This document shows, in pieces, positions 20,601-29,212 of a stretch of 64,000 nucleotides of DNA (position 1 is its first letter; every line of letters starts with the position of its first letter). Under the pieces are notes generated by a model. The model ran no database searches and was not told the origin of the DNA. It worked only from the letters and a program-made list of their open reading frames with translations. Origin of the DNA: Rhodospirillales bacterium (lineage in GTDB: Bacteria > Pseudomonadota > Alphaproteobacteria > Rhodospirillales > Casp-alpha2); NCBI GenBank assembly GCA_965228915.1, contig OZ245847.1:873173-937172 (forward strand). The letters are read 5' to 3'. Made by a program: the position numbers and the translations under genes.

Positions 20601-21057
20601 CGAACTGCCCCCGGACAAACGCCGCGACGCGGCGGCGCTCTACATCTCGCGCCCAGCCCACGGGTTCGACGCAGATCAGCAGGCGGCGCTTCTGGATGAA
20701 GTCATGGCGGTGCTCGAACACCCGGATTTCGGCCCCGTGTTCCAGCCAGGCTCCCGCGCCGAGGTGCCGGTTACGGGCACCATCGAGACCGCCAACGGTC
20801 TTCGCGTGATCTCGGGGCAGATCGACCGGCTCGTGGTGACGGACACAGGGGTGCTGATCGTCGATTTCAAGACCAACCGCCCGCCACCGGAGAGGGCCGA
20901 AGACGTGGCGCCGCTCTATCTCAAGCAGATGGCGACATACCGCGCCGCGCTGCGCCAGATCTTCCCGGAACGCCCTGTGCGCGCGTTTCTGCTGTGGACA
21001 GACGGGCCTAAGTGTATGGAACTGGCGGACGAATTACTGGCCCCGCACGCACCTTGA
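17599..21057 (+). CDS. addA: Double-strand break repair helicase AddA
   Basis: SANAGTGKT, LTFTKAAA, LVDEAQD, VGDEKQSIYSFQG, MTVHGAKGL, LLYVALTRA and SGQIDRL...DFKTN. ATGA overlap with addB. Confidence 0.96.
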   Translation: MTVESAYPIRNRTGQQIAAAQPEASVWVSANAGTGKTGVLVDRISRLLLTGVEPERILCLTFTKAAAAEMANRLAELLGRWAAMPDDILTRELHALGENPVDEALLIRARSLFAMTLEAPEGLRIRTIHAFCESLLGRFPLEAEITPDFRVMDDRDQRELQLQARDQVLADPAARGTDLTGALSAVAALVNEEQFAGLMKELDGTRTRFRDALARHGGPKGLGDAVYASLGIDPATTADDVLRAACELDEDTRADLERLCAAWDEGAATNKEAAATVRNWLALEPEKREPLWRPVLVKAFLTDKEEIRKPDRLVAKAAREFDDGAQDIALDYASRLKSILDLLKAINVAAATRALIGVGAALIDAYENIKERHARLDYDDLIQHASRLLNSAAGVSWVHYKLDGGIEHVLVDEAQDTSPDQWQVIEEIASDFFTGQSRYEETAERPRTVFAVGDEKQSIYSFQGADPVMFGTMRNRFGEQVTTIGHVWKPVDMAESFRSGPAILDIVDKVFENEDAARGLSFAGEKVHHYSARQGQAGSVTLWPKEEPGEDDGDDDPWDVPLDHIGADSPLARVAVRIADTVDQWIKSGEILPAQGRTVRPGDVLILVQRRRRMAELLVAALKERGIPVSGRDRMILPDQLVIQDLIALGRLSLLPGDDLNTATVLKGPLVGLTEEQLFEVAYNRDGTVLDALRAKQGDDPAFAAAWQQISEWRARADFTPPFEFFSGVLHADQGRKKLLARLGPDAADPIDDFLAAALDFESDHVPSMEGFLHWIEVGNAEVKRDLEQGRNEVRVMTVHGAKGLQAEIVFLADACSVPAPQTDDRIRWLDDGALPVWPAFADDETEDLKSIKARRRAAALEEYRRLLYVALTRAKDRLYVTGFTNKRPSKETSWYDMVEGAIGELGDPVPEADGRIAVTYQKPQTEDPDGGGRDDRKTATDVPLPGWATALPAGEPLPPNPLSPSRPDDEEPPARSPLDSDDGRRFKRGNVVHALMQTLPELPPDKRRDAAALYISRPAHGFDADQQAALLDEVMAVLEHPDFGPVFQPGSRAEVPVTGTIETANGLRVISGQIDRLVVTDTGVLIVDFKTNRPPPERAEDVAPLYLKQMATYRAALRQIFPERPVRAFLLWTDGPKCMELADELLAPHAP

Positions 21058-21081
21058 CGGGGTACGGGGACCTACCTAGAT
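21053..21081 (+). promoter_or_regulatory. Candidate sigma-32 (RpoH)-type promoter for trxA
   Basis: CTTGAC-N16-CCTAGAT resembles the alphaproteobacterial RpoH consensus (CTTGAA-N15/16-CCTAT). The -35 overlaps the addA stop codon. Confidence 0.45.
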
Positions 21082-21153
21082 TCTCTAGACAAGATAATTG
21101 AGTGACACAGAAACACTGCAATTCGATTTCGCTTTTTTGAAGGGAACCGCCTC

Positions 21154-21471
21154 ATGCCCAAGCAAGTAACCGATAGCTCGTTCCAGGAGGATGTCCTTGG
21201 CGCATCCGGCCCCGTTGTCGTCGATTTCTGGGCCGAATGGTGCGGGCCGTGCAAGCAGATCGCCCCGGCGCTGGAGGAAATCTCGGCGGAAATGGGCGAT
21301 AAGGTGACCATCGCCAAGCTGAACATCGACGATAACCCGGAAACCCCGAGCAACTACGGCGTGCGCGGTATTCCGACGCTGATGCTGTTCAAGGACGGCG
21401 AAGTGGCCGATACGAAAGTCGGCGCGCTGCCCAAGAGCCAACTGCAGCAGTGGATCGAGCAGAACCTGTGA
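21154..21471 (+). CDS. trxA: Thioredoxin
   Basis: [11 protein letters not shown] active site; 105 aa; follows addA as is typical. Confidence 0.97.
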   Translation: MPKQVTDSSFQEDVLGASGPVVVDFWAEWCGPCKQIAPALEEISAEMGDKVTIAKLNIDDNPETPSNYGVRGIPTLMLFKDGEVADTKVGALPKSQLQQWIEQNL

Positions 21472-21504
21472 TCCGGCCCGCTGGGGTCGAATAGACTTTT
21501 CCGG

Positions 21505-21526
21505 ACCCCGCCCGAAACGGCGGGGT
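21505..21526 (+). terminator. GC hairpin between trxA and gloB (weak terminator or mRNA stabiliser)
   Basis: ACCCCGCC-CGAAAC-GGCGGGGT 8-bp stem with only a weak U tract. Confidence 0.4.
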
Positions 21527-21549
21527 TCGTCCTTTGGAGGGATGACGTC

Positions 21550-22320
21550 ATGAGCAAGCTGGACATCAAGCAGATCCCGGTCCTCAACGACAACTACGTC
21601 TATCTGGCGCATTGCCCGGAAACGGGCGCGACTGCGGTCGTCGATCCGGCCGTCGCCGGCCCGGTGCTGGATACGCTGGACCAGACCGGCTGGAAACTGA
21701 CGCACATCCTCAACACGCACCACCACAACGACCACACGGGTGGGAATCTGGAACTCAAGAACGCCACCGGCTGCACCATCGTCGGCCCCCGCGCCGACAG
21801 GGACCGCATCCCCGGCATCGACATCGAAGTGGGCGACGGCGACACCTATAAGATGGGCGACGCCGAAGCGAAAGTGTTCGACGTGCCGGGCCACACCCGC
21901 GGCCACATCGCGTACTGGTTCGAGGATTCGGATGCGCTGTTCTGCGGCGACACGTTGTTCGTGATGGGATGCGGCAGATTGTTCGAAGGGACGCCGGCGC
22001 AGATGGTCAATTCGCTCGCGAAATTCGACGATCTTCCCGGCCAAACGAAGGTCTACTGCGCGCACGAATACACCCAATCCAACGGCCGCTTCGCGTTGAC
22101 GGTCGAGCCTCACAACGACGACCTGATCGATCTCATGAAGGATGTCGACGCCAAACGCGCCAAGGGCATTCCGACGGTCCCATCGACGCTGGCGCAGGAG
22201 CGCAAGACCAACCCGTTTTTAAGACCCGCGAGCGACGACATCCAGGCGACGCTCGGCATGCAGGGCGCCGACATCGTCGACGTCTTCGCCGAAGTCCGCC
22301 GCCGCAAGGACAATTTCTAA
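21550..22320 (+). CDS. gloB: Hydroxyacylglutathione hydrolase (glyoxalase II)
   Basis: LNDNYVY, THHHNDHTGG metallo-beta-lactamase motif, PGHTRGH, LFCGDTLF, CAHEYT and TNPFLR. Confidence 0.93.
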   Translation: MSKLDIKQIPVLNDNYVYLAHCPETGATAVVDPAVAGPVLDTLDQTGWKLTHILNTHHHNDHTGGNLELKNATGCTIVGPRADRDRIPGIDIEVGDGDTYKMGDAEAKVFDVPGHTRGHIAYWFEDSDALFCGDTLFVMGCGRLFEGTPAQMVNSLAKFDDLPGQTKVYCAHEYTQSNGRFALTVEPHNDDLIDLMKDVDAKRAKGIPTVPSTLAQERKTNPFLRPASDDIQATLGMQGADIVDVFAEVRRRKDNF

Positions 22321-22340
22321 CGCGCGGGCGAGGCCCGGCC

Positions 22341-22757
22341 ATGACCGACCCGTTCGATCTCGAAAAATTCGTCACCGCGCAGGACGCGGTGTGGCCGCGA
22401 GTCACCGCGGAACTGACCGCGGGCCATAAACTCTCGCACTGGATGTGGTTCGTGTTCCCGCAGATCGCCGGGCTCGGGCGGAGCGCCACGGCGGTCCGTT
22501 ATGCGATCCCCGACATCGGCACCGCCCGGGCGTATCTCAAGCACCCGACGCTGGGGAGCCGCCTCGATGAAGCGACGCGGCTCGTACTCCGCCACACCAA
22601 CAAGAGCGCCGAGCAGATATTCGGGCCGATCGACGCCGTCAAATTCAGGTCGTCGATGACGTTGTTCGAGGCGGCGGGCGGGCTGCCGATCTTCGCCGAC
22701 GCGCTCGCCGCGTTCTACGGCGGCGAACGGGATCCGGAAACCCTCAGACGGATTTAA
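22341..22757 (+). CDS. DUF1810 family protein
   Basis: FDLEKFVTAQ, HWMWFVFPQIAGLGRS, AYLKHPTLG and KFRSSMTLF motifs. Confidence 0.88.
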   Translation: MTDPFDLEKFVTAQDAVWPRVTAELTAGHKLSHWMWFVFPQIAGLGRSATAVRYAIPDIGTARAYLKHPTLGSRLDEATRLVLRHTNKSAEQIFGPIDAVKFRSSMTLFEAAGGLPIFADALAAFYGGERDPETLRRI

Positions 22758-24458
22758 TTACGACGACGGCGCTTCCTTGATACTCGCGCTGCGTTCGGCG
22801 CGGTCGCGGGCTTCTTCCGCTTGCGACTTGAGCCGGCTCTCGGTCAGTTCGCCGGCGCGGTCCAGGATCGGATAGGCGACCGATGTCAGGTGGCCGTTGA
22901 TCCTCTTCAGATCGCGTAGCACGTCGAGGTGTAAAGCGCTGGTCTCGATCGAGTCGGCGCGACCCTCGGCGATGCGGGCGTAGTGACTCTCCGAAAAATC
23001 CCGTTCGAGATCACGCACGGTGACCTTCTGGCGGATCAGCATGCGCGCCATGTCGACGTCTCCGGACATGAACACGTTCATGGCGAGATCGAAGTTGTCG
23101 AGAATGCGGGCGTGGAACGCCTTCAGTTCCTTCAGCCCCTGCTCGGAGAAGTTGGCCCGCTTCTTGATCTTCTTGGCGGCGAGATCCATCAGGTTCTTGT
23201 CGATGATGTCGCCAATGTGCTCCAGGTTGGTGGTGAAGCTGAGCACCTCGATGTTGCGCTCGCTCTCGTCCTTGTCGAGCTCTTCCTTGGAAATCCGCGT
23301 CAGGTAAAGCTTGATCGCCTCGTGAAGCCGATCGACGACATCGTCCGAGCGCTCGATTTCGCGCACCATCGTGGTGTCGTTGGTCTCGAACGCATCCAGG
23401 CTGCGGGCCAGCATCTGGCGGACTTCGTCACCCATGTTGAGCGCTTCGCGCGACGCGCAGGCCAGCGCCACGGAGGGCGTGTCCATCGACGTCGGGTCGA
23501 GGTAACGCGGACCGCCTTCGTCTTCGGCATGCGCCGGGTCGGCGATCAGGCGTTCGGTCAGGCGGTTGACGACGCCGACCAGCGGCAGGCAGATCAGCGC
23601 CAGACCAATATTGAAGGCGGTGTGGAAGTTGGCGATCATCCGCGCCGGATGCTCGGCGAGACCCGCCAGATAGGGCTGCACATAAGGTAAGAGCGCGACG
23701 CAGGCGAGCGCACCGGTGCCGCGCATGATCAGATTGCCGATGGCGACCCGGCGTCCGGCGGGTTTCTCGCCGAGCGTCGCAATCACCGGAATGATCGCAC
23801 CGCCCAGGTTGGCGCCCAGCACCATCGAAAGCGCGAGCTGCATGTTGAGCACCTGCAGCGCCGCGAGCGACATCACCAACAACACGACGGCAACGCTCGA
23901 ATGCATGATCCAGGTCAGGATCGCGGTCAGCAGCACGGCCAGCATGACCTCGTCGGTCAGCGGCTTCAGGATCAGCGACAGCGTCTCGTTGGTTCTTAAA
24001 GGCACCGACGCCTGGCCGATCAGGTTCAGCGCCAGCAGGATCAGGCCGAGACCGATGGCGGTCCGCGCCAGCGCGCGGCGGCGGCTCGCTTCGGACGACA
24101 GGAACGCCATCACCCCACCACCGATCAGCAGCGGCGACAACCAGTGCAGGTCGAACGACAGCAGCTGCACCACCATGGTCGTGCCGACGTCGGCGCCAAG
24201 GATGATGGCGAGCGCTGCGGCGCCGGTAATCAGGCCGCGGCCGGCGAACGAAGACAAAATCAGCGCCGTCGCGGTCGAACTCTGCAGGATCGCGGTCACC
24301 ACGAATCCGACGCCGAACCCATGCACCGGCTTGCCTGCGGTCATAGAAAGCGCGCGCCTCAGTTCGGCGCCGAACGAACGCATGACGCCGGTGCGCACCA
24401 TGCGGATGCCCCAAAGCATCAACGCAACGCCACCGAAAATATTGATCAGAATGTCCAC
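22758..24458 (-). CDS. Na+/Pi cotransporter family protein with PhoU-like C-terminal domains
   Basis: LQSSTAT, GADVGTT, HSSVAVV, GANLG and ANFHTAFN repeats, followed by a helical cytoplasmic tail (NLEHIGDII). Confidence 0.9.
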   Translation of the reverse strand: MDILINIFGGVALMLWGIRMVRTGVMRSFGAELRRALSMTAGKPVHGFGVGFVVTAILQSSTATALILSSFAGRGLITGAAALAIILGADVGTTMVVQLLSFDLHWLSPLLIGGGVMAFLSSEASRRRALARTAIGLGLILLALNLIGQASVPLRTNETLSLILKPLTDEVMLAVLLTAILTWIMHSSVAVVLLVMSLAALQVLNMQLALSMVLGANLGGAIIPVIATLGEKPAGRRVAIGNLIMRGTGALACVALLPYVQPYLAGLAEHPARMIANFHTAFNIGLALICLPLVGVVNRLTERLIADPAHAEDEGGPRYLDPTSMDTPSVALACASREALNMGDEVRQMLARSLDAFETNDTTMVREIERSDDVVDRLHEAIKLYLTRISKEELDKDESERNIEVLSFTTNLEHIGDIIDKNLMDLAAKKIKKRANFSEQGLKELKAFHARILDNFDLAMNVFMSGDVDMARMLIRQKVTVRDLERDFSESHYARIAEGRADSIETSALHLDVLRDLKRINGHLTSVAYPILDRAGELTESRLKSQAEEARDRAERSASIKEAPSS

Positions 24459-24591
24459 GTGAGTGACTGTGCCCTTCGAGAAATCGCGGGCAACGTGTTG
24501 GAAAATCTGTTTTTGTGCCCGGAATCGTGACTATATACGCACTTATTGCGTCAAATTCAACCGAAATCCGGGGAATACCGGTAAATCGTCG

Positions 24592-25395
24592 TTATTTTTG
24601 GCGCAGATAAATCAGCCAGTAGACCAGGGCCACAAAGACGCTGCCGCCGACGATATTCCCCAACGTCACCGGGATCATATTGGCCGCGAGTCCGTTCATG
24701 TCGACGTTCGCACCGGCCAGCCAGCCGACCGGTATCAGATACGCGTTGGCGATCGAGTGCTCGAAGCCGAGGGCGACGAACGCAGAAATCGGGAACACGA
24801 TGGCGAGAATCTTGCCAGACACCGAATGCGCCGCGAAACAGAGCCAGACCGCGAGACAGACCAGCGCATTGCATAGCAGCCCGCGCACGAACGCCTGCAG
24901 CGGCGGCAGGGCCACCTTGGCCTCGGCGATTCCGACCGCGGTTTTTGAGACCGCGCCGCCGCCGATGTCGAGCGTTCCGGAGAGGATCATCAATACCGCC
25001 ATCGCAATGCCGCCGGCGACATTCCCCAAGAACGCGACGATCCAGTTTTTCAAAAGCGCGCCGGTCGATATCTTGTGGTCCGCCCAGGCCATGACGATCA
25101 GGTTGTTGCCGGTAAATAGTTCCGCCCCGGCGACAACGACGAGGATCAGCCCCAGCGAGAACGCAACGCCGCCTAAAAGGCGACCCGGCCCGAGCCCGAG
25201 GCTATTATCTGTCATCACCAGCGTGAACAGCATCGCGCCGAAGGCGATGAAGGCGCCGGCCAAAAGCGCCAGCACGAAGGTACTCAGGACCGGCAGCGCC
25301 GCCTTGGCGACGCCCGCGTTCTCGACGCGGTGCGCGATCTCCGCCGGCGCATAGGCGTCGATCCCGCTTACCGGATTAGGGGTGCCGTCAGCCAT
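24592..25395 (-). CDS. Formate/nitrite transporter (FNT) family channel
   Basis: LAGAFIAFG, GAELFTGNN, CNALVCLAVW, GFEHSIAN and LGNIVGG motifs. Start placed at MADGTPNP. Confidence 0.9.
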   Translation of the reverse strand: MADGTPNPVSGIDAYAPAEIAHRVENAGVAKAALPVLSTFVLALLAGAFIAFGAMLFTLVMTDNSLGLGPGRLLGGVAFSLGLILVVVAGAELFTGNNLIVMAWADHKISTGALLKNWIVAFLGNVAGGIAMAVLMILSGTLDIGGGAVSKTAVGIAEAKVALPPLQAFVRGLLCNALVCLAVWLCFAAHSVSGKILAIVFPISAFVALGFEHSIANAYLIPVGWLAGANVDMNGLAANMIPVTLGNIVGGSVFVALVYWLIYLRQK

Positions 25396-25487
25396 GGTCG
25401 CTCTCCCGTCAGTATTGGTTGTGACGGAAGGTATGCTGAAACAGAGCGTCCGTAAATTGTCATGGATCAATCGGCCGGGATCGCCAG

Positions 25488-25521
25488 AAGAAACCGCCGC
25501 CCCGGGTGCCCGGCGCGGCGG
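25488..25521 (-). terminator. Intrinsic terminator after ilvE
   Basis: Minus strand CCGCCGCGCCGGG-CA-CCCGGGGCGGCGG followed by TTTCTT, about 30 bp past the ilvE stop. Confidence 0.6.
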
Positions 25522-25550
25522 CTGGCGTTCTTGACGTCGCCCGAGACGGA

Positions 25551-26447
25551 TCAGGCGGCGGCTTCAGCTTTCGACTTGCCGACGGTGCGGTCGTAATCTT
25601 CCATCATCTGACGGCAGATTTCGCCCGGCGTGAAGGTGTAATCGCCGATCACGCTGACCGGAGTCACTTCGGCAGCCGTGCCGGTCAGGAAACATTCGCT
25701 CGCATCCGCCATTTCTTCCGGCATGATCGCGCGTTCGACCACGTCGATGCCGCGTTTCTTCGCGAGGTCGATGACCGTCCTGCGCGTGATGCCGTCGAGG
25801 AAGCAATCCGGCTTCGGCGTGTGCAGCTTGCCGTCCGCCATGACGAAGAAGATGTTCGCGCCCGTCGCTTCGGCGATCTGGCCGCGATAGTCCATCATCA
25901 GCGCGTCCTGATACCCGGCCGCTTCGGCGGTGTGCTTGGACAGGGTGCAGATCATATAGAGGCCCGCCGCCTTGGCGTGCACCGGCTCGGTTTCCGGGCT
26001 CGGCCGCTTCCATTTGGAAATCTGCAGCTTGATGCCGTTCATGCGCGCTTCCGGCGAGAAGTACGACGGCCATTCCCACGCCGCGATGGCAACGTTGATC
26101 TTGTTGGCCTGGGCCGAGACGCCCATCATCTCGCTGCCGCGCCAGGCGACCGGACGGACGTAACCGTCGGTGATCCCGTTGACTTCGCAGGCCTGAATGC
26201 TGGCGGCATCGATCTCTTCGACGGTGTAGGGAATCTTGAAGCCGAGTTCGCCGGCGGAATAGAACAGCCGCTCGGTGTGTTCGCGCAGCTTGAAAATGGT
26301 GCCGCTGTACATGCGCTCGCCCTCGAATACCGACGACGCGTAGTGCAGACCGTGCGTCAGCACGTGGACCTTGGCGTCGCGCCAGTCGATGAACTCACCG
26401 TTGAACCAGATCTTTCCGTCACGATCGGCAAAATTTGGACCAGACAT
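25551..26447 (-). CDS. ilvE: Branched-chain amino acid aminotransferase
   Basis: HGLHYASSVFEG, YVRPVAWRG, KAAGLY (PLP Lys), EATGANIF, LDGITR and TGTAAEV motifs. Confidence 0.93.
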   Translation of the reverse strand: MSGPNFADRDGKIWFNGEFIDWRDAKVHVLTHGLHYASSVFEGERMYSGTIFKLREHTERLFYSAGELGFKIPYTVEEIDAASIQACEVNGITDGYVRPVAWRGSEMMGVSAQANKINVAIAAWEWPSYFSPEARMNGIKLQISKWKRPSPETEPVHAKAAGLYMICTLSKHTAEAAGYQDALMMDYRGQIAEATGANIFFVMADGKLHTPKPDCFLDGITRRTVIDLAKKRGIDVVERAIMPEEMADASECFLTGTAAEVTPVSVIGDYTFTPGEICRQMMEDYDRTVGKSKAEAAA

Positions 26448-26494
26448 TGTAATTTTCTTTCGTATCTTGAGTCGCTGTAACTTGGATATTGCGT

Positions 26495-26577
26495 GAAGTA
26501 TCAGTTTCCATCATATATGTCAATAACACTGACCAATTTTTATTGACTTAACAACAGCGCTCCGGGAAAGTCCGGTA
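26495..26577. promoter_or_regulatory. Back-to-back sigma-70-type promoters and palindromic operator between ilvE and the MarR gene
   Basis: GTCAATAA-N13-TTATTGAC contains TTGACA (minus strand, toward ilvE) and TTGACT (plus strand). The plus-strand -35 is followed by N17-GAAAGT and then the ATG after a 5-nt gap. Confidence 0.5.
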
Positions 26578-27086
26578 TGTCCGATCAACCGTCACGTGGC
26601 CGCCCCCGCGCCAATCCGCTGTTCCTCCGCGACGAGGATCTGCGTGAAGCCATCGAGCTGCTGTTCTTCGCCTATCGCGATTTCACCGGCGAGGCCGACG
26701 TGGTGCTCGAGACCTACGGCTTCGGCCGCGCCCATCACCGCATCATCTATTTCGTCGGCGCCAATCCCGGCATCACGGTCGGCGACCTGCTGGCGATCCT
26801 GAAGATCACCAAGCAGAGCCTGTCGCGGGTCCTGAGCCAGCTTGTCGAGGAAGGCTTCGTCAATCAGGAGACCGACGCCGACGACCGGCGCCGGCGCCGC
26901 CTTTATCTCACCGACAAGGGCCGCGCACTGGAAACCGAACTGACGCAACGCCAGAGCCGGCACATCTCCGAGGCCTATCGCCAGGCCGGCGCCGATGCGG
27001 TGGCCGGGTTCCGCACCGTACTGCGCGGGCTGATCAACGAGGAAGACCGCGGCCGGGTCCGGCGTTACGACGCCGACGGCAGCTGA
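26577..27086 (+). CDS. MarR family regulator (PetP-like)
   Basis: LFLRDEDLREAIELLFFAYRDF N-terminus and wHTH ITKQSLSRVL...DRRRRRLYLT. Confidence 0.88.
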   Translation: MSDQPSRGRPRANPLFLRDEDLREAIELLFFAYRDFTGEADVVLETYGFGRAHHRIIYFVGANPGITVGDLLAILKITKQSLSRVLSQLVEEGFVNQETDADDRRRRRLYLTDKGRALETELTQRQSRHISEAYRQAGADAVAGFRTVLRGLINEEDRGRVRRYDADGS

Positions 27087-27176
27087 CGAGAGGGCCCGTC
27101 ATCGCGTCTGTTCCGCTGGCGCGTCAACGCGTCGGTTCCACATGACCCCCGCCCCCGGGCGCGTTAGAATAATCGC

Positions 27177-27878
27177 ATGACCGAAGCCGATCCCGAGGAG
27201 ATGCCGCACGTGCTGGTCGTCGACGACGACGACCGGCTCCGAACGCTGCTGGCGAAATATCTGGGCGACAACGGCTTCATGGTGACCCCCGCCGGCGATG
27301 CCGCCGAAGCGCGGCGCCGGATGACCAGCCTCAGCTTCGACATGATCATTCTCGATCTGATGATGCCGGGCGAAAGCGGCCTCGAGTTCGCCGAAAAGCT
27401 CCGCAATGACAACGACATCCCGATCCTCATGCTGACCGCGATGAGCGAATCCGAAGACCGTATCCGCGGCCTCGAGAAAGGCGGCGACGACTATCTGACC
27501 AAACCGTTCGAGCCGCGCGAGCTGGTGCTGCGCATTCACTCGATCCTGAAGCGCGCCCGCCCGCAGCCGTCGCAGCCGCGTGAACTGATGTTCGGCGACG
27601 CCGTGTTCTCGCTGGAGCGCGGCGAGATGCGCCGCCGCGGACGCCGCGTGCACCTGACTGAAGTCGAGGTATCGCTGCTGCGCGCGCTCGGCCAGATGTC
27701 CGGACAGGTCATGTCCCGCGACCGGTTGATCGAGGCGACGGAAGCCGGCGGCGAGAGCCGCGCCATCGACGTGCAGGTAACGCGGCTGAGACGAAAGATC
27801 GAAAAAGACCCCCGTGAACCGAGATACCTGAAGACCGTCCGCGGCAAGGGGTATGTGCTGTGGCCGGACAATCAATGA
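27177..27878 (+). CDS. OmpR-family response regulator (PetR-like)
   Basis: VVDDD, ILDLMMPG (phospho-Asp), DDYLTKPFEPREL and RAIDVQVTRLRRKIE...VRGKGY motifs. Confidence 0.93.
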   Translation: MTEADPEEMPHVLVVDDDDRLRTLLAKYLGDNGFMVTPAGDAAEARRRMTSLSFDMIILDLMMPGESGLEFAEKLRNDNDIPILMLTAMSESEDRIRGLEKGGDDYLTKPFEPRELVLRIHSILKRARPQPSQPRELMFGDAVFSLERGEMRRRGRRVHLTEVEVSLLRALGQMSGQVMSRDRLIEATEAGGESRAIDVQVTRLRRKIEKDPREPRYLKTVRGKGYVLWPDNQ

Positions 27879-29212
27879 CCCAGCCGGAACGCCAGCCCCT
27901 TAGCCAGTCCGTGAAGCGGTATCTGCCGCGCTCCCTGCTCGGCCGGTCGCTGCTGATCATCGTCACGCCGCTGGTGCTGCTTCAGGTGGTCTCCGCGATC
28001 ATCTTTTTCGAAAGCCACTGGGACAAGGTGACACTCAGGCTCGCCAAATCCGTCGCCGGCGACACGTCGGTGATCATCTCGCTGATGCGCCGCTATCCCG
28101 GCCCTGAGAACCGTGACTGGATTTTCTATAACGCGGCCCGCTACATGGAGTTCCGGACGTCCTATCACGAAGGCGAAATCCTGCCGAACCGGCCGCCGAA
28201 GCCGGACGGGCTTCTGGAGGAGATGCTGGCCGAGTCGCTGCAGTCGTTCGTCAACAAGCCATTCCTGATCGACACCAAGTCGCTTGAGGACGACGTCATC
28301 ATCAAGGTGCAACTCGCCGAAGGCGTGCTCAGGATCGAGACGACCCGAAAGCGGCTGTTCAGTTCGACGACCTATGTCTTCGTGATCTGGATGGTGGGAA
28401 CGTCGCTGATCCTGTTCGCGGTCGCCATGGTCTTCATGCGCAACCAGGTCAAACCGATCCGCCGGCTGGCGACCGCCGCCGACGACTTCGGCAAGGGGCG
28501 CGCCGTCGAAACCTTCAAGCTCGAAGGCGCGACCGAGGTGCGCCAGGCGGCGAGCGCGTTCCTCGCCATGCGCGACCGTATCCGCCGCCAGATCGCCCAG
28601 CGCACCGATATGCTGTCGGGGGTCTCGCACGATCTCAGAACGCCGCTGACGCGCATGAAACTGCAACTCGAAATGTCGGGCAGCGGCGACGATGCGCAGG
28701 CTTTAAAGGACGACATCGCCGAGATGGAACGGATGCTGGAGGGGTATCTGGCGTTTGCGCGCGGCGAAGGGGGCGAAACACCTGAACCGACGGACCTCTC
28801 CAAACTTCTGCAGGACGTCGCCGAACAGGCGCGGCGGCACGATGCACGGATCGATCTGCACACCGAAGGCCGGATCGACGTCACGATCCGCCCCAACGGC
28901 TTCCGGCGCTGCATCACCAACCTGATCGAAAACGCGATGCGCTACGCCGAGCACATCTCGATCCGCGCCGGCGTGCGCGGCGAAGGGGTCGAGATCGTGA
29001 TCGACGACGACGGTCCCGGCATCCCCGAAGAACAGCGCGCCGAGGTGTTTCGGCCGTTCTACCGGCTCGAACAGTCGCGCAATCCCGGCACCGGCGGCGT
29101 CGGGCTCGGCCTTTCCATCGCGCGCGATGCGATCCAGGGCCACGGCGGCGAGATTCGGCTGGAAGATTCGCCCATGGGCGGGCTCCGCGTCTGGATCAGA
29201 TTGCCGCTATAA
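27875..29212 (+). CDS. EnvZ-like sensor histidine kinase
   Basis: Two TM helices, HAMP, VSHDLRTPLTR H-box, NLIENA, DDDGPGI and GVGLGLSIA. ATGA overlap with the response regulator. Confidence 0.93.
   Translation: MTQPERQPLSQSVKRYLPRSLLGRSLLIIVTPLVLLQVVSAIIFFESHWDKVTLRLAKSVAGDTSVIISLMRRYPGPENRDWIFYNAARYMEFRTSYHEGEILPNRPPKPDGLLEEMLAESLQSFVNKPFLIDTKSLEDDVIIKVQLAEGVLRIETTRKRLFSSTTYVFVIWMVGTSLILFAVAMVFMRNQVKPIRRLATAADDFGKGRAVETFKLEGATEVRQAASAFLAMRDRIRRQIAQRTDMLSGVSHDLRTPLTRMKLQLEMSGSGDDAQALKDDIAEMERMLEGYLAFARGEGGETPEPTDLSKLLQDVAEQARRHDARIDLHTEGRIDVTIRPNGFRRCITNLIENAMRYAEHISIRAGVRGEGVEIVIDDDGPGIPEEQRAEVFRPFYRLEQSRNPGTGGVGLGLSIARDAIQGHGGEIRLEDSPMGGLRVWIRLPL

Noticed and set aside
24537-24551. ACGCA-N5-TGCGT palindrome upstream of the Na/Pi transporter as a Pho-type operator
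   Set aside because: The arms are only 5 bp, which is expected by chance, and it is not the direct-repeat Pho-box format.
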